A stretch of 64,000 nucleotides of DNA, taken from a virus. The stretch spans positions 1-64,000 of IMG/VR virus record IMGVR_UViG_3300034152_000419; one strand, written 5' to 3'. The number at the start of each line of letters is the position of its first letter. Position 1 is the first letter of the stretch. Position numbers and translations under genes: made by a program. Shown here piece after piece: positions 56,848 to 64,000 of the stretch. Below the pieces are notes generated by a model. It was not told where the DNA came from. It saw nothing but the letters and a program-made list of their open reading frames with translations, and searched no databases.

Positions 56848-57957
56848 TTAAATGACCCCCGCTCTCAGTTGAACTTTGTTGCTCGTTCCGTTGATCTCCG
56901 TGACATGCAGACCGACCTTTTTTGCACCGTAAACATCCCACGCGAGCAGAGGTGAGACATATTTCCCGTTTGAATCGACGAATTTCGCAGTCCCCATCGC
57001 AGTTGATTTCGTCGGGAGGATTGAATAATTGTTTTGATCGAGAGAGGTATATTCCATCACGATCAGAGCATTTGAGAGACCTCCCGGTTTTGCATAAGGT
57101 TGAACGTCTTTCGCAGATCCCTCCCATGCCGCCGAATAAAACAAAATCCCGACATTGTTTCCGTTCGCGAATCCCGCACGACTGACGACCTCTTTGAACG
57201 GAGTCGTGATATCTGCGACCTCGTCCCGACCGTTTGAATTAATAAAGGACGTCACCCCGTCCAGATAATATCGAGAATCCCAGTTGACCGGAGTCTTGAG
57301 CGACAGTCCCGAAAACAGATCATCCGGGTCCGCCGGGAGTGAGGCATCGTCCACATCGAGCAGAGCAATTCTCATATTTGTCGGATTGTCTGCCGCATCG
57401 TCAATCGCGTCAACGAGTTTGAGAACGACCCGTGTGATATCATCGACCGGGACCGGGAGTGTGATCTCCCACAGACCTATTGATCGATACTCATAATTGC
57501 TCGCGAAAAAACCCGTGAAAAATGTATTGATCGAACTCCCCCAGTTATAGGTTGACCCGCCGTCGTCCGTGTATGCCGATTTATGTCCCGTGTTATATGT
57601 GCCGATCAACTCGACATTTGTCTCTGACGCCTCATTTGACTCATTGACAGCGACAGGAGTGATCAGGACCTCCCCGTCGTTTGCGTCATGCAGTGCCTCG
57701 ACAATTAGGACCCGCTTGTCTCCCATCTCAACGAGATTGTCGGTGAGTTCGGACGGGAGACTCGACAGATCGACACCGTCCGCCGCATCAATGGGAGTTC
57801 CGATCCCCCGGATCTCGTTGAGTGTGACCTGACGATATGCGAGATCGACAAGTTGAATCACCCTGTCGAGGGATTCTGCGTCCTGCTCATAGGCATCACG
57901 TGTCGCGACATAGTCGCCCGTCCTGTCATCACTGACTCTGATTGCTTGTTCAGCCAT
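56848..57957 (-). CDS. putative virion structural protein
   Basis: Acidic, beta-rich; tail region. Confidence 0.65.
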   Translation of the reverse strand: MAEQAIRVSDDRTGDYVATRDAYEQDAESLDRVIQLVDLAYRQVTLNEIRGIGTPIDAADGVDLSSLPSELTDNLVEMGDKRVLIVEALHDANDGEVLITPVAVNESNEASETNVELIGTYNTGHKSAYTDDGGSTYNWGSSINTFFTGFFASNYEYRSIGLWEITLPVPVDDITRVVLKLVDAIDDAADNPTNMRIALLDVDDASLPADPDDLFSGLSLKTPVNWDSRYYLDGVTSFINSNGRDEVADITTPFKEVVSRAGFANGNNVGILFYSAAWEGSAKDVQPYAKPGGLSNALIVMEYTSLDQNNYSILPTKSTAMGTAKFVDSNGKYVSPLLAWDVYGAKKVGLHVTEINGTSNKVQLRAGVI

Positions 57958-57973
57958 TTTTCATCTCCCTTGT

Positions 57974-59566
57974 TTAAAACCAATATGTCGGAGTGTCCAC
58001 CATTCTGACTCGTCCATTCCTGATCCTCTTTGCTTCAATTCCGGTGATCGTAGGACTCCCCGGTATTACATGAGCCGTGTAAGACACACCCTCATTCGGA
58101 CCCATGATCCACTCTCCGAAATCAATCGGAGGACTTTCGTTGTCATTTACAATAATATACCATTTACCGGAATCCGGGGGGTCCCACACAAGAGATCCCG
58201 TTTCCAGAGGGGGTGCACAAGTCCACGACCCATCGGGCCAAAAATAGTTGTCGGCAGCAATATTTGAGCACCCGTTGACCGACTGGACAGAGGTTTTCCA
58301 GAATTGAGTTAATCTGAGATTATTTCCATAATTATAAGCCTCATTTGATCCGTCCCATATCGTGTCGGGGAAAAAAGCGTTCCCGTAGAAATAACCTCTT
58401 TCCTCTCCCTCAAGTGTACCATAAGGATCGTAAATCGCGGACCACTCAGACGTATAATGCTCTTTCACTTTGAGTCCGAGATTCCAGTTATAAGTGACGA
58501 CCGGGATCGACCTCGTCTCCCCCTCGTCAGGATGTCCGGGAGGGATCACGAGTGTGCGATATGACAGACCATCGATAAAACTTGACCATGAGATCTCATC
58601 CCATATAATATCAATGAGAGAAAGAGCAGAATCGACGTTCCGAGTACAGACCCCATTTCCAGAGGGGAGTGACGAGGTTGTAAATTCACCACACTGACAT
58701 CCCGGTTGCAACCATTCTTGATTCATGCCGTAATAATAGCCGACAGTCCTCGTGCCGCCGCTTGTAGCATCGTAAGTGACAGTAAATGGGATGATATCAT
58801 CGTCTCCCCCATATTCAAAATAACAGAACATAAACTCAAGTCCTGCGTATCTATAATTTGTCCGAACCGTGCCGGAAATTTCACCCCTGTCTCCCTCATA
58901 TCTATTGACGGTCTCGTTGCAGTTGTCATCGAGGTCCTTGTCGCTAAAATTAGAAAAGGGAAAATCAGGATGACTCTCATCGAGCAGTTTTGAATTTCCC
59001 GGAGAGATCGCACGGACTCTGCCGAGACCGAGAAACACAGGTTCGTCATAGTCAATCGCCTGTAAAAAGAAATTTCCGACGACTCCCTCCGTATATCCCT
59101 CGGAGACCCGATCCTTGTCACAGGGAACATATTGAGGACCGACGACTCTTTCGACTCCCTCGGTGTCCGTGTATTTCATATAAATCGCCTGTCCCCCATA
59201 AACTAAGGGATTCCCGTCAATGGACAGATCAATCCAAAAATTCGCGCCACATCGACGAGGTTTTCCGTCTTGATGTCCGATGATCCATCTCTCAGGAGTC
59301 TCGTCCACGATTGCATTTTTGCTCAACACAAGCACGTTGTCCCCGATTTCAAATGCCGAGTGACCATAGGGGGACGGAGTTGTTTCTCCCTCGCAGTGAT
59401 AATGAAACTCAACTCCGGTGAGTGTCCCATATTCCGCAGTCTCAACCGTCGCGTCATTGTTCACCGTGTCGATTGCCGTGATCGTTCCCACGACGACAGT
59501 CGTCCTGTGAACCTCGTTCACCTCGTCGAGCAGAAATTTTATATTTTGATGAGGTCTGTCAACCAT
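57974..59566 (-). CDS. putative baseplate/receptor-binding protein
   Basis: OB-like N-terminus (GTITAID...FHYHC...AFEIGD.VLV); variable C-terminus. Confidence 0.6.
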   Translation of the reverse strand: MVDRPHQNIKFLLDEVNEVHRTTVVVGTITAIDTVNNDATVETAEYGTLTGVEFHYHCEGETTPSPYGHSAFEIGDNVLVLSKNAIVDETPERWIIGHQDGKPRRCGANFWIDLSIDGNPLVYGGQAIYMKYTDTEGVERVVGPQYVPCDKDRVSEGYTEGVVGNFFLQAIDYDEPVFLGLGRVRAISPGNSKLLDESHPDFPFSNFSDKDLDDNCNETVNRYEGDRGEISGTVRTNYRYAGLEFMFCYFEYGGDDDIIPFTVTYDATSGGTRTVGYYYGMNQEWLQPGCQCGEFTTSSLPSGNGVCTRNVDSALSLIDIIWDEISWSSFIDGLSYRTLVIPPGHPDEGETRSIPVVTYNWNLGLKVKEHYTSEWSAIYDPYGTLEGEERGYFYGNAFFPDTIWDGSNEAYNYGNNLRLTQFWKTSVQSVNGCSNIAADNYFWPDGSWTCAPPLETGSLVWDPPDSGKWYIIVNDNESPPIDFGEWIMGPNEGVSYTAHVIPGSPTITGIEAKRIRNGRVRMVDTPTYWF

Positions 59567-60468
59567 TATGGAAAGAGGACCTCCTGAGGACCATAAGGAC
59601 CGATCTCAATCGGGAGGATCGTCCACTGTCCCGTGTATGGAGTTTCAAGATTCGGAGCAAAATAATCATTCGGATCTCGTGCCGTGTCCCTGCATGTCTC
59701 CGTCACTCCCGGAGTTTTAACCATATAAACCCAGTCCCCGACCTCATAAGTGACAAAGTCCGACGGATATGCAGTGACCGTCCGACCGAGGACTTCGACA
59801 GTGAAACTGATATTCGGATCGTCATAGTCACCATTGACCGCAGTGATCAACCCGCCTGTCAAGCACGGGGAGACATAATAGATGAAATCGGGATCATATC
59901 TCTCAGTGTTCGACCCATTATAGAAAAAATGTGTCAGTTGAATTTTCATGCCGGGGACGATCTGATTTTGAGTGACCTGATAGATCGTCGTCCCTCCCCC
60001 GGAGTGTGCATCCGCTTTGTTCTCCGGGATCTCTCCGGGAGCATCGACCTCAACGAGCACAAGAGGACAGTCTCCGGGACCCTGACATTCGAGGGGACCA
60101 TAAGCAATCAGTTGAGACAAGATCCACTGACAATGATCAGGATTCCTGAACTCGATAATGATCCATGACTCAAACTCCCCCCAGTAAATCGAGATCATCG
60201 ATTCCGGTTCGTTTGCATAATAATGACAAAACGGTTCGCAGACCATCGGACGGGGATCAGGATCGAGCGTGAGAACGAATCTGCCGTGACGGACAGCCGG
60301 ACAATCTGAGGGGAGGGATTCCGGCATGATGTCCATCTCCACACGATCCGGTCCGAAAAAGTCCTCGACGACCTCGATCCCATCCCGCAGATCATCGAGA
60401 CTGTCAAAATATAATGACCGCTCAAGCGTTTCGGGACAGATCCAGACTGTGAGTTGTGTCGTCATCAC
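59566..60468 (-). CDS. putative baseplate-associated protein
   Basis: C-terminal OB-like segment (PSDFVTYEVGDWV). Confidence 0.55.
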   Translation of the reverse strand: MMTTQLTVWICPETLERSLYFDSLDDLRDGIEVVEDFFGPDRVEMDIMPESLPSDCPAVRHGRFVLTLDPDPRPMVCEPFCHYYANEPESMISIYWGEFESWIIIEFRNPDHCQWILSQLIAYGPLECQGPGDCPLVLVEVDAPGEIPENKADAHSGGGTTIYQVTQNQIVPGMKIQLTHFFYNGSNTERYDPDFIYYVSPCLTGGLITAVNGDYDDPNISFTVEVLGRTVTAYPSDFVTYEVGDWVYMVKTPGVTETCRDTARDPNDYFAPNLETPYTGQWTILPIEIGPYGPQEVLFP

Positions 60469-61217
60469 TCCTCCGCCGTCGGGACAGTGAACTCATCATT
60501 CCTGAGAGCGTCCTCATCGGATGGGATATATCCAGACTTGACGACCCGGACTGTGTGACTCGATCCCCGGACCAGATCTCCGAGATTTATGATTCCCTGT
60601 GTGTTCGTCCGACCGATTTCGACGTCGTCGAGAAAAACTGTCGCGAACGGGACCGCGAGGTCCGTGCAATAATCCTTGACGAGTAACTCATACTCCTCGA
60701 CCTCCGAGACGCCTCCGCCGAAATTGACCGTGAGACACGCCTTTTGCTCCCCCATCCGCGCCACGACGAGAACATCACCGTCGTGACTTATATTGTGCAA
60801 TTTCCACCGATCATATAAATAATTATAATCAACCGACATGATCGCGACGACCTCGGATGAAAACTGAATCGTCTTTCCGTCGATTGTCGGAATGATCCCC
60901 GGATCTCGACCGATCCAGTCGTAAGATACAGGAGAGTCCGGTCGATCATCGAGGTCCTGTTCTTTTTCATAGCAAAACTTGACCTGTTCGTCAGTGATCG
61001 CCTGATATGTGTTCACCGCAGTCCGCACGATGTCTCCCGCAGAACGCGACATCGTGTATATATCCCTCGGATATCTTTTGACCCGGATGAACGCCGACTC
61101 CCCCGGAGCGAACTCTGTTTTCCCGTCGTTCAACTCCTCGTCGAGTTCCAGTTCGAGGAAAGCATCCGGGGAGACGGAGGGATCGGTGAACCTGATTGTC
61201 AATATTTTATCAGCCAT
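60465..61217 (-). CDS. tail protein with C-terminal PEGA-like domain
   Basis: ATVFLD..EIGRT...H.VRVVKSGY. Confidence 0.6.
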   Translation of the reverse strand: MADKILTIRFTDPSVSPDAFLELELDEELNDGKTEFAPGESAFIRVKRYPRDIYTMSRSAGDIVRTAVNTYQAITDEQVKFCYEKEQDLDDRPDSPVSYDWIGRDPGIIPTIDGKTIQFSSEVVAIMSVDYNYLYDRWKLHNISHDGDVLVVARMGEQKACLTVNFGGGVSEVEEYELLVKDYCTDLAVPFATVFLDDVEIGRTNTQGIINLGDLVRGSSHTVRVVKSGYIPSDEDALRNDEFTVPTAEE

Positions 61218-61506
61218 TGATCACGACCTCCCGGATGTCTCTGTTTTTCGATGACTCAGATCCGACAATATAATATCCCTCAGGAGTCGAGACGAGAATC
61301 ACCCTCGCTCCGACTTCGAGGTCCTGTGCGATTGCCGACTTGACTTTCCTCTCTTTCCCCGCGATTGAGATCGTATATGTTTTTTTACTTTCCGAGATCT
61401 TGTTGACGACCTCACCCGTCGGTTGAGTCGCGATTCGTTTTCTCTGATTGAATCCGAGTCGTTCGATTCTCTCTTTTAAAAGTGCATTGATGAGATTGTA
61501 TGCCAT
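61210..61506 (-). CDS. small baseplate spike/OB-like protein
   Basis: GEVV...LEVGARVIL; follows hub-like gene. Confidence 0.5.
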   Translation of the reverse strand: MAYNLINALLKERIERLGFNQRKRIATQPTGEVVNKISESKKTYTISIAGKERKVKSAIAQDLEVGARVILVSTPEGYYIVGSESSKNRDIREVVING

Positions 61507-61507
61507 A

Positions 61508-63184
61508 TTACACGACCTGAGGTTGAGTGACCGTTAATTCACACACGATCTGCGGTCCGGTGAAAAATATCCGCACCGAATTGACATGATAGTTTCCGAC
61601 ACAGTTAATCTCCGCATCGTTGACATAGATGAGAATCCCATCCCGGATCAGTTCGTCATAGGGGACCCGGATATCGAGCACCTTTTGAGTATATCGGACC
61701 TCGTCCAGATATGCCGCCCCTCTGCTCAGTGCCGCGACCCATGATGTGAGCAGTCCGTCTGAGATGCTCGGAGCAAAAATGCTCCCATCATTCATCCTCA
61801 CCCGGACCGACGAATCTGTCGCGCCTGAATAGATCAGCACATCGAGCAACACCTCGACATAGTGAGAATGGAGTCTATATCGACGATATTCTGTCGTATA
61901 AGTAAACCGACCGACAGCGAAATCCTCATCAATCGTGATCTGTTTCGACGCCGTCGATGTGTTCGGAGTGCCGCCGTCAGTCCCGAACCACTCAAACGAG
62001 TCAAGAGTTTTGATCGGTTTCGACGATGACCCTGATCCTCTCTTGAACTGAATGATCTCGGTTTTTGATTCTGTAAAGACTCCCTGATATGCAATCAGAC
62101 CATCGGTGACAAGTCTCTGAACGACAGACGGGACCGATCCCTCCCAGTAAACCCGAACGTGAACGTCATCGCCGATTATCGGACCGCTCTCCTCAAGTTC
62201 CATCTCCGGTTCGAGGTTGTCGGGAGCATATCCATACACCTCAACGACATTATATCCAGATCCTCTCTCCTCCATATAATTGAGAGCGATGAGATTCGTC
62301 TGTCGATCAAAACTGATATCCGCGACACTCGACGGCATGTTCACAGGACGGACCGGATATCGATTCCGCACGAGGATCGTTCCGTCATCTTTGCACCGAA
62401 CAACCGCTCCGACAGAACTCGCAATCTCCTGAACTCCCTCAAGTGGATCTCCCGAAAACTCATAAGTGTCCGGGAGGACCCAGTCGAGTTCTCGTCCATA
62501 AATATCATAAACTTGCCAGTCGATAGGATTGACCGAGAGCATCTCCTCCGCCGTCTCTTTTGCGGATTTTGGGATCTCGTTCGCGACATCAACGGTGTCG
62601 ATATAGGGGACGTCATCCCTTGCCGATGCACTCCTCCCCCATAATGTGAACTCGATCTCGTTCCCCTCTCTTTCCTCAAGCAGAAAATAAACCACCCTCG
62701 CACCGATATGAACCTCAAGTCTCGCGGTCCCCTGTCTGACATAGGGATCAGCCCGGAGGAAAAGTTCACGACTGATTGAGGTGAGAGTGAGTTGATTGTG
62801 AACACTGTTCTCATCCATCTCGATTTCAGCGGAGACGACGAGTCCCTTGATATTCGATCCGTCGAGATAGATGTCCCAGTTCGACGCCTGAAACTCAATC
62901 CCGATGTCACCGATTGTCTGTAACAATTTCTGAACGCGAAAGACGAGATCCCGCTCATTGATCGTTTGTTTCAGGACCTCGACAGCCTGTGCACCATCCC
63001 CGGAGATGACCTGATATAAAGCATGAATCCCCGCATTTCGACCCGCAATCTCTCCGAGTAGTGCTTGAATCGACTGAGGTCCGATCCCGACCGGGAGTGC
63101 ATCGACAGCCTGTTCTCCGAATGAGTTATGTCGGACCGAGAGTGCTTGAACTCCCGCCCCTTTGAATAATAGCAGGAGAGACAT
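61508..63184 (-). CDS. baseplate hub-like tail protein
   Basis: Hub-like organisation (GRS, PL..VQEIA...GAVV, YNVV.V.G). Confidence 0.6.
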   Translation of the reverse strand: MSLLLLFKGAGVQALSVRHNSFGEQAVDALPVGIGPQSIQALLGEIAGRNAGIHALYQVISGDGAQAVEVLKQTINERDLVFRVQKLLQTIGDIGIEFQASNWDIYLDGSNIKGLVVSAEIEMDENSVHNQLTLTSISRELFLRADPYVRQGTARLEVHIGARVVYFLLEEREGNEIEFTLWGRSASARDDVPYIDTVDVANEIPKSAKETAEEMLSVNPIDWQVYDIYGRELDWVLPDTYEFSGDPLEGVQEIASSVGAVVRCKDDGTILVRNRYPVRPVNMPSSVADISFDRQTNLIALNYMEERGSGYNVVEVYGYAPDNLEPEMELEESGPIIGDDVHVRVYWEGSVPSVVQRLVTDGLIAYQGVFTESKTEIIQFKRGSGSSSKPIKTLDSFEWFGTDGGTPNTSTASKQITIDEDFAVGRFTYTTEYRRYRLHSHYVEVLLDVLIYSGATDSSVRVRMNDGSIFAPSISDGLLTSWVAALSRGAAYLDEVRYTQKVLDIRVPYDELIRDGILIYVNDAEINCVGNYHVNSVRIFFTGPQIVCELTVTQPQVV

Positions 63185-64000
63185 TATTCAGCATACCATC
63201 CCAAAATTGTGAGATTGTCCGGTTCCTGTGCCGTCGCCGCCGGGACGACCTCTTTCCACCACACGGGGACCGCTCCGGGGAGAGTCGTGAACTGAACCGT
63301 GTCACCCGACGCCCATATCCCACCCCATCCGCGATAATCGAGAGTGAAAAACGGTTCGCCTGTATTCGGATTGATCGGTTCAAAGTTTGCCGTCACGACC
63401 CCGGACCCGACACCTCCGTTGTATAGACCGGAAACAGTGAAAGCAGTTGCCGAGGTGAAAGTGACCGTCCACACATCATATTCGACCCCGTCATTGTATA
63501 GGACGAGAGGATATGTGCTCTCGTCAAAGGTTCCCGATGCACTGACCTCCGTCCATCCCGTGACCTCCGGTCCGGTATCTCCCGCCCGGAGGCAACCCCC
63601 CGCAATCGTGTTCGCGACAGCATAGGGATTCGCGACGGAATCGACGAGATCAACCGCGACCACATTTCCCGTGTATGAGTAATTTTTATCATAGTAAGTG
63701 ATCAGGATGTCCTCAGTGTCATCCGGGGGAGTCGTCCAGACGATGTCCGTGACCCACACCCCCGTGTCAGGATTGATCTCACCCGCCGAACAATAACCGG
63801 AGCAAGTCCCGTCCGGTTCGATATAAACCGTCCGAGTCGTTCCACCACAGACGGTTGTCACGACAGGTTTGAACTCATCTTGTAACACGAGACCATTCGT
63901 GACAGAGGCGAGATCTGTGAGGGGAGGATTGCTCGTGCTCCCGTCCCCGGTTCCGATGTCCTCATCGGTGACGAGGTTTGTCTGCATTTCAAGAAACTCC
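63184..64000 (-). CDS. tail/baseplate protein, probably 5'-truncated by the window edge
   Basis: IGTGDG; WT.TFTSAT.F; GWGG.WASG; AVP.W. Confidence 0.65.
   Translation of the reverse strand, partial: EFLEMQTNLVTDEDIGTGDGSTSNPPLTDLASVTNGLVLQDEFKPVVTTVCGGTTRTVYIEPDGTCSGYCSAGEINPDTGVWVTDIVWTTPPDDTEDILITYYDKNYSYTGNVVAVDLVDSVANPYAVANTIAGGCLRAGDTGPEVTGWTEVSASGTFDESTYPLVLYNDGVEYDVWTVTFTSATAFTVSGLYNGGVGSGVVTANFEPINPNTGEPFFTLDYRGWGGIWASGDTVQFTTLPGAVPVWWKEVVPAATAQEPDNLTILGWYAE

Larger units (their letters stand above)
1..64000 (-). mobile_element. Segment of a tailed dsDNA phage genome
   Basis: Terminase, portal, MuF, tail proteins and phage replication genes; tightly coupled minus-strand ORFs; no host genes. 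Confidence 0.95.

Noticed and set aside
1-64000. tRNAs, introns/inteins, DGR/reverse transcriptase, stop-codon recoding
   Set aside because: None recognised; core genes are uninterrupted and of normal size in the standard code

Overview
A 64-kb internal segment of a large tailed dsDNA bacteriophage (Caudoviricetes). It is gene-dense and essentially all real genes lie on the minus strand. No rRNA, tRNA, CRISPR array, integrase or host housekeeping genes were recognised. In transcription order (right to left): tail/baseplate genes (~64-56.8 kb); a coiled-coil protein ending in (Ser-Pro)22, followed by sulfotransferase, glycosyltransferase, GH130-like, Stealth-like, methyltransferase and cupin genes; modular virion-appendage genes (DUF2341/LamG, TIM-barrel glycosidase); a second glycan-modification cluster (GT4, hot-dog fold, methyltransferase, ppGalNAc-T-like GT); a lysis-like cassette; a UDG-PolA fusion polymerase; portal; a 995-aa MuF carrying GNAT-like, JAB-like and PI3/4-kinase-like domains; early genes; an iteron origin and replication/recombination block; a Ycf46-like AAA+ ATPase; terminase; small genes. 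Non-coding signals include a 14/16-bp palindrome (G)TGCACACGTGTGCA(C) at 9 dispersed sites, two complete sigma54 promoters with conserved enhancer-like sites, sigma70 promoters and a candidate plus-strand sRNA. The strongest candidate novel systems are phage-encoded mucin-like O-glycosylation/sulfation of a virion fibre, a shared terminal V-R-x-I-R-I/V peptide tag on unrelated proteins, and the multi-effector MuF. All family assignments come from recalled motifs, not database searches. Several start sites were re-chosen from RBS and overlap evidence.
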